A DNA stretch of 64,000 nt from Asterias rubens (taxonomy: Eukaryota). The position numbers and the translations under genes were made by a program. This document shows, piece after piece, positions 1 through 12,500 of this stretch; within the stretch, counting starts at the first letter, position 1; the number at the start of each line of letters is the position of its first letter. The notes beneath the pieces were generated by a model. The model saw only the letters and a program-made list of their open reading frames with translations, was not told the DNA's origin and did no database searches. The stretch is taken from positions 12,834,001-12,898,000 of the forward strand of contig NC_047076.1 in the NCBI RefSeq assembly GCF_902459465.1. Direction: 5' to 3'.

Positions 1-433
1 TTTCTTTTTGTTTTTTTTTCAAATGTTAAATTTCAGTCTGACTAAAATCTTACAATTCTGTTTAGTGGTGAAGAATGCTCATGCATAAAATGAGACAAAC
101 CTTCTCTTGTTGCTGTCAAAATTAAAACAGTTCAAATGTTTAACTGTTTAACTTTAATTCTGGTCCAGCAAAGATTTTGATTAACAATTTTGAATATACA
201 TGTATATAATAATTAAATAAAAGATAAATTTAATAAAATAAAATAAAACAATTTAGAAGTTCAAATCTGAGCCCTGAAATGTGTAAAGAATTTTGTATCT
301 CAATTAAAAATAAATAAACCACGAGGGAAACTGAGAAGGTAATTTGTTTTTATTAATAATTTGGGGTTGAGGTAAGGAGCATTTGAGGTGGTTTCATTCT
401 AATTGTCGGATAAGCCAGGACGAGTTTTCTTAC

Positions 434-505
434 CGTAGGTGATCCACAGTCACAAGTCTCTGGAAACTCCAGTATTCCATTCCCACAGGAACCAAAGCTT
501 ATCAG
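434..505 (-). CDS. ADAM22: ADAM exon 16, start of disintegrin domain (LISFGSCGNGILEFPETCDCGSPT)
   Basis: CGNGxxExxExCDCG signature; TGCAG acceptor, GTAAG donor. Confidence 0.95.
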
Positions 506-3500
506 CTGCAAGAAAACAAACAGTGTTTTCATTTTAAAGGTACTTTTTCTAACACAAAACACAATGTCCAAAGATCTACATTAAACTTACACAGTTTGAA
601 GATAATGATAATACAAAGCATCCCTTAAAATAATTAGTTGCTGAGGTGCTGTAGTTTTTTAGAAATAAGTAAAACAATGTCATGAAAATACGGGGGTGAA
701 GCCAATCTTACCTCCTCTGGTGTCGGAACATTGAAGAGACAAGAATAATACCCTCTCTGGAGATGATACTCAAACGCTTCTATACTGCAATCAGAAAATC
801 CTGACGGTGGTTTGGGCTTCCAGTCTCTACAAAAACAAACAGCAATTCATTGGGTTTTTTTTTTATTTTTCTTATACATTTGTTGTTGTTGTGATATTAT
901 TTCTTTAATCAGTGGACAAACCCTATTTGAGCAACTGATCCTTTGTATCAATCTTAATTGCCAAGCAAAGTGTGAAGTAACGATACATCACTATGGAAAT
1001 TATTGACAACTGATTTTGAGGTAAAGCTTAGTGCTTTGGAGGAAAGCGGTTATAGGGTTCTGCCCTGCGTTTCTTTAGAGGTGAAACAAAATTTAGATCA
1101 TAAAAACAGACTAGAACCAAAAAATTACTTAAAGTTTATGGCCTTGGAAAGTTATTTTTACTGATAAACATTCAAATTTACATTTTTGTTGAACCCCTTT
1201 GAAAGGAAATGACAAGTTGAGTTTTACAAATTTGGTGGTTGGAAAGAGAAGTTGGATAGAGTACAAAATTATCTTGAATGCAGTGTATTCGCCATGATTT
1301 CCATCTCATATCACTAGTACTAATGAGAGTACACAGAAACACATTATTTTCAAGTTAATCTCAAGGGTTTCCCATAGTTAAGTGCTAATTAATCTAGTTT
1401 AGTTTGGCAGTTATGGGTAAACCCAACATCTTCACAATCAATCACACACTGTATCGATTATAAAATCGGTATACATGTACTTACACTGGTCTTTGGTACA
1501 TCACACAGCTACCTGGTGTCCCGTCACATTCACAGACTACAGAAGTAAAAACACCAAACACAATGCAATGGCAAATATTTCACTTTATAGTCATTTCCAT
1601 GCATGATTTAACATTGAAGAATTCCCCAATACATGTACACCCAGGTCAAAATTGCAGTTGAACCAGTTAACTGGGGTCAACTGGTTCAACTGGATAGTGA
1701 CCAAACTCGTCCAATTTCCATATTAACCAACTGGTTTGGACTAGGTTTAACTGTGTTCAACTAGGTTGAAATTATAAACCAGTTGGTGTCTGTCCATTTT
1801 CCATATTAAACCAACTGGTTTTAACTGTATTTAACTAGTTTATCAACTGGTTTTCAACTAGTTCCAGTTAAACACAGTTAAACTAGGGTCAACTAGAATT
1901 TTGACCTGGGCATACAAACACTTTATAAAAAAGTAAACTACTACGGTATAGCACTATTTCTTTTTCTCCATTTTTAAAAGGCTGTTTATGTTTGGCACTG
2001 TTGGTGTTCAATCCATCTAGCCTCATTGCACTTACAAATACATCAATTTTTTTAAGTAAGAATTATTACATTTTATGAGGAACTTTTTTTGTGTGAAAAA
2101 CCTGAAGAAATTGCTAATAATTTTGTTTATGGACAAAATCTTAAGTGGACTGCATTACTTCTGAATAATTACCAAGAAAGACAACTTCTCATGAAGATCT
2201 TTTTACGAAAATAACTTCCAGTTTGAATTTAATTTAAACGCACTAGCCACTATTGATTAACTACCAAAAGCATGAATAGTGTCCAGTGCCTTTAGGTTTG
2301 ATTATCACAATTACTCTTTTAAAGTAAGATTTGAATGAACGTAATTGTTTTACCTCTGCCTCTGGTGTAGAAGTCATCATTATAGATGTATAGATTATGA
2401 GCCAAGCCACGGGCTAGACTAGCTGATATCACATCAGAGTTAAATTCCTGAAAGGCAAAATAGAAAAACAAATATGAAAAGATGAACAAGAAAGGGGAAA
2501 AATGTTGTTGCAAATTGTTAACCAACCGAAACGACCTGTAGTATAAGCATAAAGTTTTCCAATGGCCTCACATAGCCAACCTATAATGGGTGCGTTCGTT
2601 TAGCTTCCCTGGGTCTATTGCGGTGTTCACTTGGGTGAGCCCCTGAAAAGAGCTAAATGAACGACCACTCACCGCTCTCGTAGTGATGTCGTTTACCATG
2701 GGGCCAGCCCCCAAGTGACCCACTCCACAAGCAGGGCACTGGGGGCTGACCTGGGCGAGCCCCTAGAATGAGGCCAAAAGCTATTTGAACACACCAGGGC
2801 AGACCGGGGATGACCCAGGGAAGCTAAACGAACGCACCCATTAGCAGAGTCGTTAGGCATGCTAGTAGGGGAGTCTTTCTAAAAAACACATACATGATTG
2901 AACTCATTTCATAACTATTAGACATGAGTTTTATTTCATAAAGTTTCACCCAATGTCACAAGGCGGCTGGCAAATTCAAGTGATTTGGGCTGTTACTAGG
3001 GGTACTTTGCCACCTTCTCCTTGGGCTGGACCAGGACTACCCTTCACGGTCTAACAGACCCTTCACGGTCTGTTAGAATGAAAGCATGGGTATCATCCAC
3101 TAGGAGCCTGGCTGGTAGAGCAGAATGCACTGCCTTAATTCCCACCTTTTGATGTAGCAATTACCAGGGGCACGTTGCCACCTTCTCCTTGGGCTGAGCC
3201 AGGGCTACCCCATTCACGGTCTGTTAGAATGAAGGTATCATCCACCAGGAGCCTGGCTGGTAGAGCAGAATGCACTGCCTTAATTCCCACCTTTTGATGT
3301 AGCAATTACCAGGGGCACGTTGCCACCTTCTCCTTGGGCTGAGCTAGGGCTACCCCCTTCAAGGTCTGTTAGAATGAAGGCATGGGTATCATCCACTAGG
3401 AGCCTGGCTGGTAGAGCAGAATGCACTGCCTTCCTAACTTTTGACGTAGCAATTACCAGGGCATGTTGCCACCTACTCCCGAGGCTGAAACAGGGTTACC

Positions 3501-6500
3501 CCTTCACAGTCCTTAATGATGTAGGCAAGGGTATCATCCACTAGGAGCCACCTACTCCTGGGGCTAAAACAGGGTTACCCCCTTCACAGTCCATAAGGAT
3601 GCAGGCATGGGTATCATCCACTAGGAGCCACCTACTCCTGGGGCTGAAACAGGGTTACCCCCTTCACAGTCCATAAGGATGTAGGCATGGGTATCATCCA
3701 CTAGGAGCCACCTACTCCTGGGGCTGGAACAGGGTTACCCCCTTCACAGTCCTTAATGATGTAGGCATGGGTATCATCCACTAGGAGCCACCTACTCCTG
3801 GGGCTGAAACAGGGTTACCCCCTCCACAGTCCTTAATGATGTAGGCAAGGGTATCATCCACTAGGAGCCACCTACTCCCGAGGCTGAAACAGGGTTACCC
3901 CCTTCACAGTCCGTAATGATGTAGGCATGGGTATCATCCGAAGGGAGCCTACTGGTAGAGCAGAATGCACTACCTTCCCCAATTATTGTGAAAGCCTTGC
4001 TTAATAGCACAAGTGTCATGACCGGGATTTGAACCCACACTCTGCTGCCGACAACACCTGAGCTTGCGTCCAGTGAACTAGAACGCCTGGCCAAAACACA
4101 AATAGTCAGCCTGAAGTACGTGGTATAGACTTGATAGGATTTTACTAAAATCACAATCTTACTTAATTTCTGAGGGCGCACTAAATTATAATTTAGTTTC
4201 AAATAGAAAGCAATATCACATTTATCAATGTGAACATATTCCAGCTTCTTTAGAGAGGGAAAAAAGTCAAAAATGAAGATGAAACTGAAGATTATTATTC
4301 AAAAAAATAACAAGAAATATTTTCCTAGATTAAGAAACAACTTACCTCTGTGAGAGACACAGCTTTCTCTGTACAGATAGAGTTCTGTCTACTTGTACTA
4401 TAGTAAGATCTAGATCGCTCAACATCGGTGCCCCTAAAAATATAACAAACCCCAAGTCGGATGGTTAAACAATATAATAATAATAATAATAATAATAGTG
4501 GCTTCTTATATAACGCGCACACCTGTCACTCAGTGTTATCACAGCGCTTTAACATACAGTATATCCTGCAAGGTATGTGGGACTACATTTGAATTATGAG
4601 ACCTACACCTTTAATATAGCAGCATGTATAACGCGTATACATGTAGGTTACAAGGTGCTGTGGCGCAATATGCAGCCAATCAAACCATGTTGTAAAGTGC
4701 ACTGGGTTCTTTTGTACATTTAGACTCAACACACGGAACCAACGGCTCAACGTCACAATCCGAGAGGGCGAAGCAATGGTTAAGTGGCTTGCTTAAGGAC
4801 ACAAATATCACGACTGGGACTCGAACGCAGACTCTGCTGTGCTATATTTACCAATATAGGACTCCTATTCTAAAAAAGATAGACTTACAAGGCCAGATGA
4901 GCGGCATCAAATCTAATGGTGCGATTAGAGTCTTTGATATACTGACGGAAATTCTCCAAGGTAAGATGGAGATTGTCTGAAATTGTAATACGATCTACAT
5001 TGTCCTCCCATAGCTCAATGTATGTTATTACAAGACGAACGTTGAATTGACGAAAATACTGCAAAGAAAATAAAAAATTGTGTTTAAGTTTTTGCAAATT
5101 GTGAACATGCAGTTTTTGGTCTCACTTTGTGACACGAAAAAAATTAGGCAATTAGGGTGAAAAGTAAAAACATGATCAATTATGCAAAGGTAGAACAATT
5201 CATTTATATGTAATATGAGAAAGTAAATAGTTGTCAAGTCAAAAGCTGCAAAAAGGGTGATTCCTATGACAAATCTGGCACCCAGTCTCCCGACACAAAG
5301 ACCAGTTCTGGATTGGACAAAACTTTACTTGCCCATCAATGGATGCCCAGGCGACAGTCTACATAATATGGAAGTCTTATATAGCGCACGTGTCTACCAA
5401 ACAAGGTACTGAGTATATACAAACTTTCAGAAAGATAAGTTATTGCAGTGATGAATTCTGAAACCAAATTATTTAGCACTTTATACAAGGTGCTACGGCG
5501 CATACAGCAGCCACAGCCAGGAACACTGGGGCGAACCCTTTCTTTTTTTTGAACCCACACTCTGCTAATCAGAAACACTAGAGTTAGAATTCGGTACTCT
5601 TAACTTGTCATTCGTATTTCTCATGTGGGTGAATACTAGCGAGCGTGTTTGGTAGTATTTAGAAAAGATAGCAACTGGAACGTGATGTTGAATGGACCAG
5701 TGAGAATCTGACTCTTGGTCATGAATATGTAGGAGGTAAAGTAAAATGAAATTGTCTCTGAGATTCTTACAAATTGACACAATAAATATTCATGTGTACT
5801 TACAATACATACTAATGTATACTTATACATATTCAAGAGTAATTGTAAATATTTATGCGTATTTATACATATCATGTGTACTTACAAGATCTGCTTCATT
5901 GACAATGTCCAACATCCGTACAAAGGCAAAGTTAGCATTGCTATATCTATTTATCTATCAGATAAAAAAGAAGAGTATTTTAACCAGTTCTTTAAATGAA
6001 AAACTGTATGCATGAGATAATGTGGAAGGACAACTACATTGTACTTTACTAATAACAGTAAATAAGAGTCACAGTGAAACTGGATAGTAGAAAACAGAGA
6101 CTTTGGGTTAATGGGAAATTCACGTGAGTAACTTTCTCAATAAGAAATAGCATTATATCAAAGGAACACACTGCCTTGGACCGGTCGAGTTGGTCTTTGT
6201 AAAACGTTTGTAACCGTTTGTTATAAAATGCATAATAGGAAGATATTTTAAAAGTAGAATATAATGATCCACATTTAAGTATCACTCCAATTTGCATGGT
6301 TTTCATCGACTAAACACAGTGGCCATTTATAAGAGTCAAATTTTTGACTCCCATAAATGGCTTCCGTATTAGTTGCAAAGTAAAAGGAAACCACATAATT
6401 TCGAGGCATATGAGTTGATCATTGTATTCTACTTTTACAATATCTTTCTAACCATCATGACCATAAACATTTTGTAACAAACGGTTACAAACACTTTTCA

Positions 6501-9500
6501 AAGACCAACTCGACCGACCAAAGGCAACGTGTTCCTTTAACAATCCCCGAGTTGTAGTGATATGTGAAAGTAAAGTCTATGACCTTTACAACATCCAAAG
6601 ACAATATACATGTAAACAATTCTTAAAATGATTTTGTAAGGAATTTAATAACTTCAAAATTTGAAGGAATTTATAATTATTTACCATACTTGTTGAGCAG
6701 AAGATAGCCAACTCAATGTATTTCACTTCTGATGCAACATCTCTGCGAACCTAAGAAGAGAAGATATTGAAAATGTCAGAAACCAAAACCCAAACTTTTC
6801 AAAATCCAACTCCATGATTTGTTTGATTGTTGTTTACATAGGATTTGATTTGTTTAAATAGGATCAATATATATTTGGTTTGAAGTAACACCATGTGTAT
6901 ATCTACTGGCCAGGTGGAGTTAGTTCTTAGAGAACTGTCTTGCTTAATTCTACATAAAGGTAGGGTAGTCTTTTAAAACTTTTCATGCTGTAAATTCTGC
7001 TACCTTGGAGTAGATTTATCGGAATTCGGGAGACTTATCTACTTCTCTACTGCGGAGTAGATCGCAGTTGCAGAACATCTACTTTATAGATCCTTTGAGT
7101 TACAACAATAATTATATTTGTTTATTTAAATAAGTACTATTATTATTATAACTAAGAGGATTCAGTCAGTCAGATTCAGTTCAGTCAGAATAATAATATT
7201 CTCTTACCCTTCTATGATGTGCGTTCGACGAAGATGCTGATGGTTCTTGCACATCAACATGGGAAATATTTAAAAGATCGTTCAAATCTTCCAAATCTGG
7301 AAGGTAAAAAATAAAATTCAGGGATGAAATTTTGCGCTGTAAAAGTAAAGGATATTTGATTTAGCTTACAAATGTTGACAAAAATGAAAAGGAATAAGCA
7401 AGGAATTTACCATCAAAGGGTCCTTCTGGTTGAACTTGATAAAGGACATGAAGCTGTTGAGTCTAAAAAAGAAAAAAATTTAAATAAAAATTATCCACTT
7501 TTATATCTTATGTTTGTTTTAGTTTAACGCCATTATACACTTTCGGTACAGAATTTATTTTGTTAATTCACAGATTTACAAATAATCTACAGGGTTTACA
7601 CAAGGTAATGGTGAAAGACTTCTCTTCAAATAATATTCCATGAATGCTTTACTTTTTGAGAAACATTAAAACAATATCAATTCTCGATAGCGAGAATTAC
7701 GGATTTATTTTAAACACATGTCATGACACGGCGAAACGTGCGGAAACAAGAGTGGGTTTTCCCGTTATTTTCTCCCGACTGCGATGACCGATTGAGCCTA
7801 CATATATATAAGTTGTGATACACTAAGTGTGGGGCTTGGACAATACTGTTTACCGATAGTGTATAATGGCTTTAAATAAGCGAAAAAGGTTTGTCTGAAA
7901 CCATTTTTGTTATTTCTATACATTAATTAGAATCGCAATATTTTTCCATTTTTATGCAAATGGTTTACAGGGGGTTTGCTCAGATAAGTATAAAGAAGAT
8001 AACAAAGAAAGCCTTCGAGAAAGACTCTGCTAGAGTCGAAACGTCAAGCCACTAAAAGAATATGCTTTATATTATTTATAAGTCATTTTGGTCGGAGAGA
8101 AGTTTTTAACAGCTACATGTTATACTATTTTGTCAAATAAAAAAAATAAAAAAAAGTAAATTTATACAAAATAAGAAAGAAGTGTTGTTGTGACACCATG
8201 TCGTAAAATCTCTCCTTTGAGAAGGTGTGGTTCTGAATTGAACTGGTTCTATCAAGTGTTTGTACGAGGCATGTTGTCTTAAGTAATTTAAGTTAATAAC
8301 AAAACTTAATTTGGTTTTGGCTTTTCTTAAAGTTTAAGAAGTCTTTTGTCTGACCTGGTTATAATGATTTGACAAAGACTTGATGATCAAGTGATCTTCT
8401 TAATAAGTCTTTTGTCTGACCTGGTTATAATGATTTGACAAAGGTTTGATGATAAAGTGATCTTCTTAAGAAGTCTTTTGTCTGACCTGGTTATAATGAT
8501 TTGACAAAGGTTTGATGATAAAGTGATCTTCTTTCAATACGATGGTTCCACTGTAAAAAAGAAAAAATCAAATAATTATTAACTGACAAAGTTCCAATTC
8601 AGGGTGTTTTATATTATTATTCTCGGGGGAAAAATTAACAAACGAAAACAAATTCCATGAGGCGAGGGGAACAATTCTAAAAGAAACGACCTCAATAATA
8701 AATAAAACATTTTGTCGCGTGTAGGATTTGAGGCATTACATGGTGGGTATCAATTAACAAACAGGGTTGGCACTAGATCAATTTTTGTTAAAGTCCAACA
8801 AGGGCAAATGGATCAACCAAATTATTCATGTTAAGTTAAGGGGCCTTTATTGCAGAAGTGCAAGCTTTCGGCATGATGCCAGGTTTCCAAACTATTCAAG
8901 TTATGGGGCCATGCAATAAGTCGAATGGCCTTTTGACTATAGCTGTGTCTCAGATCAATGCACAGTGGACATTATTTGGAATTATTCTACAGGAAATCTG
9001 TGCTAAGCGGCACAAAGGATATTTTGCTCAGAGTCCTGGGCAAAAATTATGAGTCCTGGGTAGGCCCACCAAGCACCGCGGCTATAACGAACACTGCTTA
9101 CAAAGGGATTCAGGGTTTTTGTATTATTTTGCTTGGGGAAACAAATTAACAAGGACATTTTGTCTGTACAAAGTCAATAATTTATGTCAATTTCTTTTAG
9201 TCTAGCAATTTCAACTAAATAAGGATGTAAAAGCTTTCCAAACCTGATTCCATTGCAGGTATTAAGACTGACTGTTGATCGGGCCACACCCCTGACCACA
9301 CCCTGATAGTGACATTGTGATGTCTGTTAAACAAAGAAAAAAAAATCAATCAGTATCTATAAACAAAAATAGTACAAAGTAAGAATGTATCAGGGAACAA
9401 CTTCATCCAGCACTTTTGAATAACAAAATATTTTGACTTAACCAATTTTGTGCACACTTAATGGGAATATTGGGTACATAGCCTATGTAGCAGTTGATGA

Positions 9501-12500
9501 TTTTTGAGTACATTTTGTTTGTAGCACTGGAAATCTGTCTCGGTGTACATCTAGCCCCCGCTTATTAAATACCTCCCTTTTGTAAAAAAATAAGTTCCTG
9601 AATATCCATGTTCAACACCACTGATGTTCAATGAAGTGCGTCCAAGTATGTCTTGTTTACGAACTACAGGTTTTAAATACAACAAGTTTACATTTTTGGG
9701 AAGTCTATGGAAGTCATTTAATGTAGGACATTCCCTTTGGCAGCCAATTCTCCCCAAATGGCAAACCCCCAAAGAAAATACCAAAAACACAATACAAACA
9801 GACCAATTGCAATTGTTGTGTGTGTGAAGGCCAACGAGGCAATTTGCCTTTTTGAGGTATTGGGTACACTATAATGAGTGCAACTTTGTTGGTTTGGGTG
9901 TACACATGTACCATGTACAAACAAATTTACCCGAACCTTATAGTGACATGTATGAATGTGTCACCATGTTCTCAAAATCGTTTATTTCCTCTGTGCATCA
10001 ATTTGCAAAAAATCAGAACTAAAACAGTCAAGACAGGACTACAGGTCCCAATTTGATGGCTCTTCTACAAGCAAAGAATTGGGGGCTTACAGGAAGCAGA
10101 GAATTCCGTGCTAAGCATATTTCAAGGGTTAGCAGGGAATATTTGCTAATAGGCACGCACTCTACGCTACTAGGCATTATTCGTTTACACAGCCCGCAGT
10201 GCAGAAATTTTGCACTTGCACTGTATGCGAAGAATGGTGACCGAGAGCGCAGAATTCGGCTGTAAGCAGAGCTATGAAACTTGGCTTAGGAAAAAGTCAG
10301 AGAAAAAATGGTATTTGAAACAATATTTGATGGGACTTAAAATAAAAAAAAGAAAATGATACAAAATTACAATGCTTTGCTTTGTTTTGTTTTTACCTGT
10401 AACTCCTCGAATGTTCCATCTTTTGTAAAGTGTCTTAACCTCACACCCGCCCTTGTGAGATCTCTGCATGCATAATAACAATGACATCATGCAAATCACA
10501 TGCAAATGAATGAACAAAGATTAGCTGACATGACTATATGAGTTGCGTTAATAAGCATGCTATTTAAACAAACATAAAACTGCACATGTATACCATGCCA
10601 AATATGGGAATACTTGCACACAAAAACACATCATTTTCCTCTTGTTCAAAGACCAACATAATGCATAAAATAAAAAATCTGTGAATGTTTGGACTCAATT
10701 GGTCATCGAAGTTGCAAGAGAATAATGAAAGAAAAAAAACACCCTTGTTGCACAATTTTGTGTGCTTTCAGATGCATAATAAAAGGCTTCAGGCCTGAAG
10801 GCTTTTATTATTTAAGTGAGAAATTGCCTCTTTCCCAAAAACTCTGTCACTTCAGAGAAAGTGAATTTCTCCATGTCCTGACTGAGCGTTTCTCACAATG
10901 TTTTAAAATATCCACAGCTCTCCATTGCTCGTTACCAAGTTCAATTTTGAAGCCAAAAGTTATTTTGAGTAATTACCAACAGTGTCCAGTTTCTGTAAGG
11001 GATATACACTGTATGCAAATCCTGTCTGTTGGATGGTATTGAGTGAAAGGCTCAGGACAGACTTAATCCTGCTGGCAGCTAAGCGTAAATCTCCTACGTA
11101 AGCCTCTCGACCATAGTTTCTGTTCTCCTATGTGGACAAGTATAGGCCTACAGCCGGTGCCTTGGGTTTTATTCCTTTAGACTACTGCAAACACCCAGTT
11201 TGTATTGTATGTCAACACACAGTTTGCCTGATTAAACATCATACTGTGGAATGTCAGTGAATAAGTCTCTGCAAGTATCTTAGTTGGAAATGCTGTTCTG
11301 AGATGGCACTGCAATGGACCTTTCCCATGAAATACGCTAATTACATTAACGCATGCGTACAGACCCTGTTGGTTGGCAAACGCCATTGAGTTGTGCACTA
11401 AGCAGACGCGCAATCGCGTCTGCATCACGCAGCCATTAGTCGTGTACAAAACAGCGCGATGTTCCCTCATTTTGCCAACCAAAACTTAAGTGCGCACGCG
11501 CTATGTGAAATTTACATATTTCATGGGAAGGGTCTATTGTCAGGCATGATACTTCACAGAGGCAACCAAAGGGATTGTCTCCATGCAGGCTTGTATGCTT
11601 CGTTTTTAAAGAGGCAAGGGCACCAAGGCATTTTCTCCTTGGTAAAGGGCACCCTATGAGGAAATTGTAAATTTCTACTGGAGCTTTTTTTTTTCAAGGG
11701 CACCAAGGCAATGACCAGGGGGAATGGAGGCAATTGCCTTCTTTGCCTCCATGAAGTATCAGGCCTGCTATGCCCCCCTGGTCATTGCCTCGGTGCCCTT
11801 GAAAATAAAATGCTCCTGTATGGGGTGTATTTCACAAAGAGTTAGGACTAGTCTTATCTCGAGTTAGGACCAGTTACTCGTCCTAACTTAGGACTATCCA
11901 TGCAATTTGTATATCTCCTAGGACTAGTCCTAAGTTAGGACCAGTCCTAACTCTTTGTGAAATCGACCCCAGTAGAAGTTTACAACTTCCCAAAAGGGTG
12001 CCCTTTACCAGGAGAAAATGCATTGGCACCCTTGTGCAATGAGTTGATCCTTAACTATTTAAAAATGTATTCTAGTGCAGTGTAAACAAAAACCATTACA
12101 TCCAATTAAAAGAAATGCTCATCTTTGATTTTAGAATTTATTCTAATCTCATAGCTTCAAACAAACATTTCATACTGGCAGGCCTGGAATTACATGGCGG
12201 ACATGGTACATGTATCTGATGACCCTGGCCTTGGTGCCGCCCCCCCCCTCTAATTTCCCCTTTCAGAGTTTCCACTGAAATTACCATTCAGAATAATATT
12301 ATCCCATGTTACAGCAATTATCAAGTGTCAATCTTCAAAGATAACATTTTGATTAAAAAGGATTAGTGGTTATTAATCTTGGGTGCTTACCGGTTTAGTA
12401 ATAAATCCAGATCAAGCTGTGTACTTTTTCCTTCTAATCTTAACTGCTTAGCACCATTTATCTGCAATGAAAGTGAAACCATAAACATTAAACATCAAAT

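Noticed and set aside
101-112. Possible 12 nt microexon (QQEK) on the minus strand, TTTTGACAG / GTTTGT
   Set aside because: Frame-compatible, but ADAM22-type proteins continue CDCGxPx directly into EC; no support without RNA-seq.
3320-4202. 74 aa and 113 aa ORFs
   Set aside because: They overlap the minisatellite and a SINE fragment; no protein motif.
8421-8464. Middle 66 bp repeat copy as a cassette exon
   Set aside because: 44 nt is out of frame and would need a 22 nt intron.
11177-11482. 101 aa minus ORF containing CHLRTAFPTKILAETYSLTF, considered as an ADAM prodomain exon
   Set aside because: No phase-2 donor; exon 12391-12461 fits both motif and phase.
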